From positions 1-46,943 of the forward strand of contig JABJPM010000031.1 of assembly GCA_018663865.1 (NCBI GenBank): a DNA stretch of 46,943 bases, read 5' to 3'. Numbering within the stretch: position 1 is the first letter of the stretch; the number at the start of each line of letters is the position of its first letter. Under the pieces are notes generated by a model. The model did no database searches, had not been told where the DNA came from, and saw only the letters and a program-made list of their open reading frames with translations. The position numbers and the translations under genes are program-made. This stretch comes from Candidatus Woesearchaeota archaeon (GTDB taxonomy: Archaea; Nanobdellota; Nanobdellia; SCGC-AAA011-G17; PNOQ01). Positions 13,315 through 22,159 of this stretch are shown in pieces.

Positions 13315-14163
13315 ATGACAAGATTAAATAAGCAAGATATAAGAGATATCCGATTTCACAAAACTAAGGCTAAACTATTAGCAAAATTAGGTAATGAAGA
13401 AGAATTGAACAATTGTTACAATAATATATTGGAGATCAGTTACAAGGATGAAGATATAGAAAAACATGATAGGATAAGGGAATCTTTTTTCGAAATAAAT
13501 AATCATCACCATTATACGGGTGAATCAGACATCTATTCACAATTTAGTAAAAAAATTGAATCCTTAGAAACCGATGCAGAGAAATTAATAGATTTCTACA
13601 CAAAAATAATCAAAGATGCCCACAACACCCATCTGGAATTGCATAATCTAGATAGAAAATTTAAAAGAAGGGGAAGAGAAGGATATTATAAAACTCTTAG
13701 TGAGATTTGCGAAAATGAAATTGATGTTATAAGATCAATGTCGCCATCAATAAGATATGATAAGGCAAGCAAACTAGAAGAAATTGGAGAGCATGAGCAG
13801 GCATTAGATTGTTATAATAACATAATCCGATTATTCCATGGAGACAAAATTGCTGTTGAAAATAGGGCTAGACTTGAGGAAAAATTGGGAAGGGAAGATC
13901 TTGATAAATTTTTAGAGGGTTGCAAGCCAACTCAAATGACTAATCTTGGAACTCAGAGTATGTTACTGTTTGGAGGATCAATAGTCGGCGCAATTGCAGG
14001 CGGAGTTACAAGCTACCTTCTGTCGCAAGACATTGCATCAGTTGCCAATGATAATGGATTCTTATGGGATCAAGAAAATGTTAGCAAAGGATTAATTTAC
14101 GGCGGAGCATTAATTGGCGGATTCCTTAGTTCAATAGGATTATCAAAAAAATATAAAGAATAA
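13315..14163 (+). CDS. TPR-like protein with C-terminal glycine-zipper TM hairpin
   Basis: KAKLLAKLGNEEELNNCYNNIL and KASKLEEIGEHEQALDCYNNII TPR-like units; GGSIVGAIAGG and GGALIGG helices; TATA-like CTTATAAA at about 13287. Confidence 0.65.
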   Translation: MTRLNKQDIRDIRFHKTKAKLLAKLGNEEELNNCYNNILEISYKDEDIEKHDRIRESFFEINNHHHYTGESDIYSQFSKKIESLETDAEKLIDFYTKIIKDAHNTHLELHNLDRKFKRRGREGYYKTLSEICENEIDVIRSMSPSIRYDKASKLEEIGEHEQALDCYNNIIRLFHGDKIAVENRARLEEKLGREDLDKFLEGCKPTQMTNLGTQSMLLFGGSIVGAIAGGVTSYLLSQDIASVANDNGFLWDQENVSKGLIYGGALIGGFLSSIGLSKKYKE

Positions 14164-14166
14164 TTA

Positions 14167-14463
14167 TTATTTATAATCTATGCCTCGAACTTTAAGTTCG
14201 TTAATTAGAGAATCATATTTTATTTGATAATCTTTATCTTTTTTCATTCCAAAAAAGAACCTAGCATTATCATTATTTATTATTTTTTCTAGTAATGTTT
14301 TAACTTCTGAGTTCAGTATGTCATATACCCTATTTTCTTCAAAGAAAGCTTCTTTTGCTAAATAACAATCAGTTAAATAATTCTCTCTTCCAGAATTAAC
14401 ATTATATTCTATCCCATCCACATTCATTTCTCTAAATCTTTTTCTCATCTGGTCGATATCCAT
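14167..14463 (-). CDS. Hypothetical protein
   Basis: 98-aa ORF with normal composition. Confidence 0.6.
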   Translation of the reverse strand: MDIDQMRKRFREMNVDGIEYNVNSGRENYLTDCYLAKEAFFEENRVYDILNSEVKTLLEKIINNDNARFFFGMKKDKDYQIKYDSLINELKVRGIDYK

Positions 14464-14497
14464 ATTTAGGGTAGTTATGCATTCTTTAAAAAGATAA

Positions 14498-14935
14498 TTA
14501 TTTCCGTATTAGTATCTCTTCTAGGGCCCATTTTCTTTGGCCTTCTAAGTTATCAGCTGCCAAAGTTCCACAGATAGTATTTCCATCTTTATGTAAATCT
14601 GTTCGAATAGTATATGGGCCGGATTGAGTCATTTTATGAAAATAATTTTGATTATCGACTTCCCCTCCCTGGGCATACCATGGTTCTACGGAATATGTAG
14701 GATTTAAAGAAAATGTGATTCTTATATTGTTCTCTGATAGATCTTGTATTCTTAATTCAATTCCGCAATTAGTATCATCTCTATTTACAGAAGCAAAATG
14801 TGCATGTCCAGTATATGTTCCTGACCATTCAGGACCTATAATCTCACTCTCTTGAGTTGGACCCAGATAACCTTCACATCCGGATAAACTAGCTAACATT
14901 CCTAGTCCTACAATTGATTTTTTTATGAGATTCAT
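14498..14935 (-). CDS. Putative lipoprotein
   Basis: Signal MNLIKKSIVGLGMLASLSG-C (lipobox LSGC), then a beta-rich domain. Confidence 0.65.
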   Translation of the reverse strand: MNLIKKSIVGLGMLASLSGCEGYLGPTQESEIIGPEWSGTYTGHAHFASVNRDDTNCGIELRIQDLSENNIRITFSLNPTYSVEPWYAQGGEVDNQNYFHKMTQSGPYTIRTDLHKDGNTICGTLAADNLEGQRKWALEEILIRK

Positions 14936-14971
14936 ATAAATAAAGGAATGGAACTAAATATATAAATTTAA

Positions 14972-16180
14972 TTACATCCATTCAATTAATTTAATAAAAC
15001 TATTTGGATTTTCTCTTTTGGGTTCAATTCCAATGACCATATTTTCTGTTGCCCAATAATAACTAGTCTCAATTTCATCTAAAGAAAACCAATTATCATT
15101 TTCACCTGCCCAACCATAATTTATATGAATTTGATTTATACCATTATAATTTTTCCACCCATCAACAACCATGGCATGTATTAAACTAGAATATAGTACT
15201 GGGCGATTATTATTTATTTCTTCTTGGATAATGGAAAACCATTCTTCTTCGTTAGGATGATCAAAACGTCTTAATCCTTGAGAGGAGGATTTATATTTAA
15301 AATTGTTAATTAAAGCATATCTGGCACTGGAGATTGATGCACCCGATCCACATCTACTATAATCTGTGTGTAGTGCTGCACTAACTTCGAATGCCAATTC
15401 AGATACTGCATCTTTAACATTTTGATTAGAGTTACCATCAACATGGTCTTCCATGTATTCATAATTATATTTATCTCTAAAATTAGCTATAATCCAACTT
15501 CCTGGAGTGCTACTTCCGCAATTTGTATCTCCTTCCCACCACCATTCTTCCACACCTTCTCCAAAAATTGGCCATTCGTGGTAATTAATAATCTGGGCAG
15601 TTGCTAATGATGTACAACCAACAAATGTCCTTCCACCATCACCCATTGGTGCAAGGGTATTAAAAGGATAATCTTGGTGCCAAGTTGTAGTTAGTAATGG
15701 TCCAAAATGTTCATTTTTTTCTAATTCTAATTTCCCATATAGTAATTGAGAATGCAATAAATAATTTATATTTGCTTTAGGAAATGCTGCTAATTTTTGT
15801 TCTTTAGTAAGTTCTAATGACAAATTTACTCTCTGATATAAATTTTCAATTACATACTCTTCAATTTTTTGAAAAGATCCTGTTTCACTCCATGACTTTA
15901 TTGGAGATAATTCATTAATAGATGGAATTATGACATAGCCAGATGGATCAATATGGAATATATAACCCACTAATAGATTTTTATTATACAATTTTGTTGA
16001 AGATTTAATTGATGGATTTTCTTGTTCATTCCAATTTCCTTGTTGAGAGATTATTGTTTCTAGCCAAGATGTACATATAATTTCTGCATTATCAAAAGAA
16101 ATATTATCTGCAATAACTGAATTTGAAGAATTGAGAATAAAAAAAAGAATTACAAATCCCGCCATTAGTAGTTTTTTCAT
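14972..16180 (-). CDS. Secreted C10 (streptopain-like) cysteine protease with I69/Spi-like prodomain
   Basis: Signal peptide; WHQDYPFN, VGCTSLATAQI (Cys), HAMVVDG (His), HINYGWAG. Confidence 0.9.
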   Translation of the reverse strand: MKKLLMAGFVILFFILNSSNSVIADNISFDNAEIICTSWLETIISQQGNWNEQENPSIKSSTKLYNKNLLVGYIFHIDPSGYVIIPSINELSPIKSWSETGSFQKIEEYVIENLYQRVNLSLELTKEQKLAAFPKANINYLLHSQLLYGKLELEKNEHFGPLLTTTWHQDYPFNTLAPMGDGGRTFVGCTSLATAQIINYHEWPIFGEGVEEWWWEGDTNCGSSTPGSWIIANFRDKYNYEYMEDHVDGNSNQNVKDAVSELAFEVSAALHTDYSRCGSGASISSARYALINNFKYKSSSQGLRRFDHPNEEEWFSIIQEEINNNRPVLYSSLIHAMVVDGWKNYNGINQIHINYGWAGENDNWFSLDEIETSYYWATENMVIGIEPKRENPNSFIKLIEWM

Positions 16181-16328
16181 ATAAAGGGAAATTGATTAAG
16201 ACTTAAAAAATGATTTATTTTCTTGTTGGTGTGATCAATATTGGAATTATTTCAAACTTTAGAAAGAAATTCAGGAATAAATAGCACTAAAGCAAGGTTT
16301 ATATATATATTTTTAACCTCTAAATTAT

Positions 16329-17432
16329 ATGGGAAAAGAGATTAAAAAGGAAACTGATTTCTGGGGAAATAAGAAAGATGTCATCTATGAGGACGGAAAC
16401 AAGATAGGTGAAACCAAAAAGGAAACTAGTTTCTGGGGAAATGAAAAAGAAGTAACTTATGATAATGATGGAAATAAAGTTTCTACTACTACTCATGAAG
16501 ATTCTTTTTGGAATGGTCCTTCTTCAAAAACTTATGATAATGATGGAAATTTAATGTCTGAAACCAAACATGAACAAGGTTTTTTTGAAAATAGAAATGA
16601 TATTTATGAAGATGGGGAAAAAACTGGTAGTTTAGAAACAAAACATGGCTTTTTAGGGGGCAGAAAAGAAGTATTAACAGAAGATTGGGACAACACCAAT
16701 AGAAAAAGAAATGATATTGATTTAACAACAAGAACAATAAGAAAACAAGAAAAAGAAGAAAGTAGAGAATATTCATCTTCCGGAAGTTATTCAAGTACTT
16801 CAAAAAATAATTTAGAAAAAAGGTTGCGTGATCCTCAAAAAGGAATAATAACAAAAGCAGCTGGAACCTTGGGCGGAGGAGTTTTAGGGGCAGTAATTGG
16901 TACTGCTGCAGGATTAGCAACAGGATTTGCAGGTGCGTTGGCAGTAGGAATATCTTTATCGATTCCACATTCAATTTGTGAAATCTTAAGTGGAGAAGAA
17001 ATTACATGGTTTAATACTACCTTAGAATATATTTTTTATGGGGGGGGTGTTTTAGGTGCTGGAATTGGTGCAATTTCTGGTGCAAATAAAGCATACAATT
17101 CTATAAAATATGAAAAAATAGATAAAAATAATCCTAAAAAAACACCAAAAAATAATTTAGAAACCTTGGTAAAAGATACAAAAGTCAAAGATCCCGCATT
17201 AGAAACTATGATAGGTGGGATTGGGGGTGTATTCGGTGCAGCAGCAGGTTTTGGTTCAATTTCTGTGCCGTTATTGGGTCAAACTATTTTAAATAAAATT
17301 GGAGTGATGGATTCATATCCGCTATCTGCAGGTTATATGGATGAGCATTGGTACATACCTGTAATTGCTGGAGCAGTAATTGGTACTACTTATGGAATTA
17401 AATTAGCAATAAAAGATAGGAAAAAATCCTAA
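16329..17432 (+). CDS. Beta-hairpin repeat protein with duplicated glycine-rich TM module
   Basis: Five approx. 24-aa repeats (FWGN..YxDG), Ser-rich linker, two GxxxG-rich TM hairpins. Confidence 0.7.
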   Translation: MGKEIKKETDFWGNKKDVIYEDGNKIGETKKETSFWGNEKEVTYDNDGNKVSTTTHEDSFWNGPSSKTYDNDGNLMSETKHEQGFFENRNDIYEDGEKTGSLETKHGFLGGRKEVLTEDWDNTNRKRNDIDLTTRTIRKQEKEESREYSSSGSYSSTSKNNLEKRLRDPQKGIITKAAGTLGGGVLGAVIGTAAGLATGFAGALAVGISLSIPHSICEILSGEEITWFNTTLEYIFYGGGVLGAGIGAISGANKAYNSIKYEKIDKNNPKKTPKNNLETLVKDTKVKDPALETMIGGIGGVFGAAAGFGSISVPLLGQTILNKIGVMDSYPLSAGYMDEHWYIPVIAGAVIGTTYGIKLAIKDRKKS

Positions 17433-17722
17433 AAAGCTTCTAACAATTCTTTAATCAATTCAGGTTGATTATATTGATAAATATCTTGAATATCTAAATT
17501 AATAATCTTTTTCTTAATATACTGTTCTGGAAATCTGTTTCCAATTTCTTCTCTTTGGATTTCTTCAAAGACATAAACGACATCAGCTTCTTTTAATAAT
17601 TCTTCAGTTAACCTATTTTCATCATTATACAATGAAGTAAATTTTCCACCTAATAATTTTGCAGCAGTTGGACTTCTATTTTGTGATTGATTACAAATGA
17701 ATAGTTTATTCATGTTTTCCAA
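17429..17722 (-). CDS. Low-molecular-weight phosphotyrosine phosphatase-like protein
   Basis: CNQSQNRS (CX5R-S) P-loop, LLKEADVVYVFE, LDIQDIY; start may be 17713. Confidence 0.8.
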   Translation of the reverse strand: MENMNKLFICNQSQNRSPTAAKLLGGKFTSLYNDENRLTEELLKEADVVYVFEEIQREEIGNRFPEQYIKKKIINLDIQDIYQYNQPELIKELLEAF

Positions 17723-17801
17723 AACTTTTACCCAATAATTCTTCTATTTTATCAAATCTTTTTTTACATAAAATAATATTAATTAAGACTTATAAAATAA
17801 T

Positions 17802-17830
17802 TCATTTCTTCTCACCAATATAATAAAAAT
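17802..17830. repeat. 29-bp direct repeat, copy 1
   Basis: TCATTTCTTCTCACCAATATAATAAAAAT; one mismatch to 18948-18976. Confidence 0.85.
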
Positions 17831-17947
17831 AATCGTAAGTCCCATCTGGAGTTTCTAATAAATATTGCAAGCAGTGAATCAGGCATTCATACTGCAGAAT
17901 ATGCTTCGAACTTAATGAAATAACTTTCTTGTTTTTTATAATTCTAA

Positions 17948-18241
17948 TTAATGAAACTCGGATGATTTCAATTCTATTTTTAGCTGTTCAAGAAAATTCT
18001 CAATATCTTTTTCTGTCAAATCACAATATTTTGTTTCATCTTTCCAATGTTCCATCGGAAGACAAGAATTCTGAATTTTTTGAATAGTTTCATCATAATA
18101 CTTTTCTTCAACTACATCATTCACTTCATTTGAAAAATCTGCAATCCCTTCTGCAATTTTCTGTTGTTTTTCTACATCTTTTTCAGTCAATAATTTCTCA
18201 AATAATTCAATATATTTGTTGACAATGATTTTCTTTTCCAT
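17948..18241 (-). CDS. Hypothetical protein
   Basis: 97-aa acidic helical ORF. Confidence 0.6.
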   Translation of the reverse strand: MEKKIIVNKYIELFEKLLTEKDVEKQQKIAEGIADFSNEVNDVVEEKYYDETIQKIQNSCLPMEHWKDETKYCDLTEKDIENFLEQLKIELKSSEFH

Positions 18242-18399
18242 ATATTGGCTATATCTTTGCCCCTTTTATAATTTGCGAAATCGTCCCTCACTACGCCACT
18301 CTTGCGTTTCAGCAATTAAAAAAGGGAATGCAAGAAGAGATAAAACAGAATAGTTCAAATCTATAAATTCAAAGCAAAATAAAAATTTGTTCATGATAA

Positions 18400-18951
18400 T
18401 TAATTAATATACGCCCTAATCTCTTCAATTATCTCCTCGGGAGTTTTATTTTTTACATAAATTATTTTATTACATAATTCTTTTAAAGATCCAGGAAATT
18501 TTTTGTAATTTTGATCCACTTTTTTCATCAATTCTAATTTATCCATTTCCCTAAAATGCGCCCTTTTTGATTCCCGTTCAAATAAAAATTCAATTGAGTT
18601 TTCTATATCTTCGGTTGGAAGTAATCCAATTATGAATTTCGATTTTTCTTTTGCAATTTTTTTAACTTGGTTACTTGCCTCTTCAAATTTTGTAGACGAA
18701 ATTGATCCTCCTGAAAGATCAAAAACGAAATTATCCAACTCATACTCTTTCTTGATTAATGAATAAGCATCTTTTTTTATGAATTTATTTATGATGCCAG
18801 ATTTAATTGCCTTATCTAATCCTCCAAATTCTTTCATGGCTTTTTCTCCAATTTCATCAGAGGAAGTATATTTTAATTTTAATTTTTTAGCTAGAATTTT
18901 TGATACAGTGGATTTTCCTACTGATCTTGGTCCGGTTATTGTGATTATCAT
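18400..18951 (-). CDS. P-loop small-molecule kinase (shikimate/NMP kinase-like)
   Basis: GPRSVGKST Walker A, SSDEI, DLSGG, VKNKTPEEI tail. Confidence 0.75.
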   Translation of the reverse strand: MIITITGPRSVGKSTVSKILAKKLKLKYTSSDEIGEKAMKEFGGLDKAIKSGIINKFIKKDAYSLIKKEYELDNFVFDLSGGSISSTKFEEASNQVKKIAKEKSKFIIGLLPTEDIENSIEFLFERESKRAHFREMDKLELMKKVDQNYKKFPGSLKELCNKIIYVKNKTPEEIIEEIRAYIN

Positions 18952-18976
18952 TTCTTCTTACCAATATAATAAAAAT
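18948..18976. repeat. 29-bp direct repeat, copy 2 (leader and ATG of the kinase gene)
   Basis: TCATTTCTTCTTACCAATATAATAAAAAT. Confidence 0.85.
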
Positions 18977-19066
18977 GAGGAAACTTAAAAAGATTCTCAT
19001 TAACAAATGAATCCATTAAATAACAAAAAGTGAAAGTTTTAAATATTTGATAAATAAAAAATTATT

Positions 19067-19945
19067 ATGAAAGTAAGTATTATCTCTGAAGGGGAAGGTG
19101 CATGTGCCGCATACGCTTTAGGAGTACTTGATGCACTCTATTCCAATTTCGGATTAAAAAGAGTAGATTATGTTGCAGGTTCATCGGGCAGTTTACCAAT
19201 ATTGGCATATTATGTTTCTGGACAATTTTCATTAGCAAAAAGCAAATTCATAAAATATTTATCCAGCAGAAAAATATTAAGATTAGATCACATTTCAAAA
19301 AGAAAAAAAATAATCGATATTGATTACATAATAGATACAATATTTAAGAAAAAAATTCCCCTTAATATAAAAAATTTAAAAAATTCAAAAACAAAGTTTA
19401 TTGTTCCAGTTACAGATATAGAAACTGGAAATTTAAAATATTTCAATAATAGATCAAAATATGATTTTTTCGAAATTTTAAGAGCAGGAATGGCAGCACC
19501 ATTTTCATATAATAAATCTGTAACAATTGGAAAAAGATTGTACTTTGATGGCGCCTATGGGGATCCAATTCCAGTTTCTGTTAATGGCATAAAAGGTTCA
19601 AAAAAAATAATTATAATCACAAGGAATATGACTTTTTCAAATAAATTAGAACAATTCATATCAAAAATTTTCAAATCAAAATTTGAGAAAGGAAAATATA
19701 ATGCATTATCTCATAAAAGGGCAGTTTATAAAAGGAAAATAAGAGAAATAAAGAAATTAAATAAAGATAAAAATACCATTGTCATAGAGATTCAAAAAAA
19801 TTATTCATTATTTGATAATAGAAAATCTGCATTAGAGAAAATTAAGAAAATAGGATTCGAAGATACTATAAATAATAAAGAAGTAATAAATTTAATTAAA
19901 AGTATGAAGAAATCAAAGAAAAAAGAATTTTATTTTTCTGATTAA
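19067..19945 (+). CDS. Patatin-like phospholipase family protein (degenerate motifs)
   Basis: AYALGVL, AGSSGS nucleophile elbow, YFDGAYGDPIP. Confidence 0.8.
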   Translation: MKVSIISEGEGACAAYALGVLDALYSNFGLKRVDYVAGSSGSLPILAYYVSGQFSLAKSKFIKYLSSRKILRLDHISKRKKIIDIDYIIDTIFKKKIPLNIKNLKNSKTKFIVPVTDIETGNLKYFNNRSKYDFFEILRAGMAAPFSYNKSVTIGKRLYFDGAYGDPIPVSVNGIKGSKKIIIITRNMTFSNKLEQFISKIFKSKFEKGKYNALSHKRAVYKRKIREIKKLNKDKNTIVIEIQKNYSLFDNRKSALEKIKKIGFEDTINNKEVINLIKSMKKSKKKEFYFSD

Positions 19946-19986
19946 TAAAACATTAAATTTAAATAACAATAAAATAAAATAATCTT

Positions 19987-20979
19987 ATGAGGCCCATATT
20001 GAAAGATCGAAGGTTAATCTCTTTGGTTTTGATGATTGCATTATTTTCATTCCTATTTTATTCAAGTATCCCATTTCTAAATGCATTTTTCGGAGCATTA
20101 ATATTATTTGTTTTGTTCAAACCATTGAATAAAAAATTAAAAACCAAGTTAAATTTCTCAAAACATTTGGCAGCATGGTCCATTTTATTGATTTCTTCAT
20201 TAATTATAATTATTCCAATTTTTCTCCTAATTCAGGGACTAGTTTCCCAAATTTCAACATTGCCAGAAGTAATGGCCTCAATTGCAAAATTCGAAGATAT
20301 TGTTAATACATTTTCTTCATTAAATTTAGAAATAAAAACAGACACAATAATAAATCAAATAATTCCATTAATAGAAAAATCCGTTTCATCCATATTTGAA
20401 AATGCAATAATCTTGCTGACAAATATTGTATTATTCTATTTTTTACTGTACTACATGTTAATAAATGGGGATAATTTCATAAGTAAAGTAAAAAAATTAT
20501 TACCATTTAATAAAAAGAATAAACAGAGAATAATCGAGAAATTTGCAGACATGACCAAGGCAACAATAATTGGTTCATTGTTGATAGCAATTTTACAAGG
20601 TTTTTTATTATGGGCCGGATTCTATTTCTTGAATATCCCAGGGGCATTATTTTGGGGACTTGCGACCGCTTTAATATCTTTCATTCCAGTAGTTGGCTCT
20701 CCAGTAATTTGGGTTCCAGCAGCAATTATACTTTTATTTTCTGGAAGTCAGTGGCAGGCAATTTCATTGTTATTATGGGGAATAATAATCTCTAGCGTCG
20801 ATAATGTAATTCGTCCAATAACGAATAAGAAATTTGGAAAGATTCACCCATTGATATCAATAATTGGAGTTTTCATAGGAATTTATCAATTTGGAATTAT
20901 AGGAATTTTCATTGGACCATTATTAGTGGCTTATTTCGTATTAATTTGGGATATATACAAAGAAGAACATTTGGTTTGA
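19987..20979 (+). CDS. AI-2E family transporter
   Basis: FKPLNKKL, AILQG, SFIPVVGSPVIWVP, DNVIRP, HPLISIIGVFIG, GIFIGP. Confidence 0.92.
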   Translation: MRPILKDRRLISLVLMIALFSFLFYSSIPFLNAFFGALILFVLFKPLNKKLKTKLNFSKHLAAWSILLISSLIIIIPIFLLIQGLVSQISTLPEVMASIAKFEDIVNTFSSLNLEIKTDTIINQIIPLIEKSVSSIFENAIILLTNIVLFYFLLYYMLINGDNFISKVKKLLPFNKKNKQRIIEKFADMTKATIIGSLLIAILQGFLLWAGFYFLNIPGALFWGLATALISFIPVVGSPVIWVPAAIILLFSGSQWQAISLLLWGIIISSVDNVIRPITNKKFGKIHPLISIIGVFIGIYQFGIIGIFIGPLLVAYFVLIWDIYKEEHLV

Positions 20980-20985
20980 AAATAA

Positions 20986-21060
20986 CCCTGGGCTAATCCC
21001 TTTCGAAAAAGGCACGCGAAAGCGTCATTTAAGATCAGCCTGGGGAAAAAGAGGTGATAT
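20986..21060. ncRNA. Candidate structured ncRNA (three-way junction), unassigned
   Basis: GC-rich island between convergent genes; 13-bp outer stem plus two tetraloop hairpins; consensus promoter at 21082-21095 on the minus strand. Confidence 0.45.
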
Positions 21061-21081
21061 AAAAATAGTGGGCCCCGATCA

Positions 21082-21095
21082 TTTATAAAGCTTTC
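21082..21095 (-). promoter_or_regulatory. BRE-TATA (GAAAGCTTTATAAA) with no protein gene downstream
   Basis: Matches the motif upstream of rpoE' (22739-22752), S6e (about 31262-31277) and aIF5B (about 34276-34290). Confidence 0.55.
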
Positions 21096-21103
21096 GGTTG
21101 GTG

Positions 21104-21361
21104 CTACTCGCCAATAGTTACAATAAATGGGTGAGAGTCTGGAGATTTTATTCCAAAATATTCTTCTGGAGCATTACAAATTCTGATGTCTTTTCTAGCA
21201 TCATTTTCTTTAATGGACATATAAACTGCACCATCATATTCAAAACAAGATAACATGTTGGGGGGAAAATTCTCAAAATTATGCCTAACCTTGCATCTAA
21301 TCCAATTTTCAGGATGGTATAAAGCCATCTTTACTACATCCTCTAATTTTGGTGAATACAT
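21104..21361 (-). CDS. Hypothetical protein
   Basis: 85-aa ORF 9 nt after the rps27ae stop. Confidence 0.55.
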   Translation of the reverse strand: MYSPKLEDVVKMALYHPENWIRCKVRHNFENFPPNMLSCFEYDGAVYMSIKENDARKDIRICNAPEEYFGIKSPDSHPFIVTIGE

Positions 21362-21370
21362 AAAAAAGAA

Positions 21371-21556
21371 TTATTCTTTAGATTTGAATTCTACATAATG
21401 GCATTTGCCACAATAAAATCTATCTTTATGATCTCCAAGAAACATCCCTGGACCACATTTTGGACATGTTTTTTTAGAAGTAACTTTATCTCCTTCTATA
21501 CTATATTTTTCATACCTTTTACTAGGGATTTTATTCTTCGTCTGTTTTTTTGCCAT
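21371..21556 (-). CDS. rps27ae: 30S ribosomal protein S27ae
   Basis: CPKCGPGMFLGDHKDRFYCGKC. Confidence 0.97.
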   Translation of the reverse strand: MAKKQTKNKIPSKRYEKYSIEGDKVTSKKTCPKCGPGMFLGDHKDRFYCGKCHYVEFKSKE

Positions 21557-21971
21557 CTTCTTCCTCTACTTTCTCTTCAGCCACAGGTTCTTCTTTAACT
21601 TCTTCAACCTTAGCTTCTTCTTCAGCTTTCATCTTAGCTTCTTCTTCAGCTTTTTTCTTAGCCTCTTCTGCTGCTTTTTGTGCGTCTTCTATGGCCTTCG
21701 CTTCTTTCTCTTTCTCTTTCTTACCTTTTTTTGTTATAAGTGCCATATCTTCTTTAGAATCATATGCATATGCTTCAATATTTGAAACACCAGAACCATA
21801 TCCGTCATAAATATGTTTAATCAAAATTAATTCTTTATCAATTTTCATTAATTTACTTAATTCTTTTATAACTTCTTCATTTGAAGGAGTTCTTTTATTG
21901 ACATGTTCCATATTTGCAACTATGTCAATCCTTGGCAATAAACTTGATTTATCTTGTTTTATAATTTTCAT
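21531..21971 (-). CDS. rps24e: 30S ribosomal protein S24e with Glu/Lys/Ala-rich tail
   Basis: LLPR, TPSNEEV, IYDGYGSGVSNIEAYAYD; follows Spt4. Confidence 0.92.
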   Translation of the reverse strand: MKIIKQDKSSLLPRIDIVANMEHVNKRTPSNEEVIKELSKLMKIDKELILIKHIYDGYGSGVSNIEAYAYDSKEDMALITKKGKKEKEKEAKAIEDAQKAAEEAKKKAEEEAKMKAEEEAKVEEVKEEPVAEEKVEEEDGKKTDEE

Positions 21972-21973
21972 TT

Positions 21974-22159
21974 TTATACCTTTACTGCATATTCGCCCTT
22001 AACTTTCAAATCTGCTTTTTTAGCAATAATTGATTTTTCAGGATCCATGATTATAATTCTACCTTTTAAATTGTCTGAGAATTGGTTGCCCTTGCATATT
22101 GGACAATTACTACCATCTACTATGACTTTACATTTTTTACATGCTTTTCTACTTGCCAT
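21974..22159 (-). CDS. spt4: Transcription elongation factor Spt4 (RpoE'')
   Basis: ACKKCK...CPIC, GRIIIMDPEKSIIAK, GEYAVKV. Confidence 0.96.
   Translation of the reverse strand: MASRKACKKCKVIVDGSNCPICKGNQFSDNLKGRIIIMDPEKSIIAKKADLKVKGEYAVKV

Noticed and set aside
16197-17808. Similar 27-mers ATTAAGACTT...ATTT at about 16196 and 17782
   Set aside because: Best explained as the shared minus-strand TATA/promoter motif, not a mobile-element end.
18283-18350. Imperfect hairpin TCTTGCGTT/AATGCAAGA in the intergenic region
   Set aside because: 9 bp with a 19-nt loop and a single copy; too weak to call attC, REP or ncRNA.
21066-21078. GTGGGCCCCG as a tRNA 3'-end or att remnant
   Set aside because: Only about 10 nt, with no T arm or second copy.
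21531-21760. AEEEAK repeats in the S24e tail
   Set aside because: Ordinary low-complexity charged extension with no regular DNA-level array.
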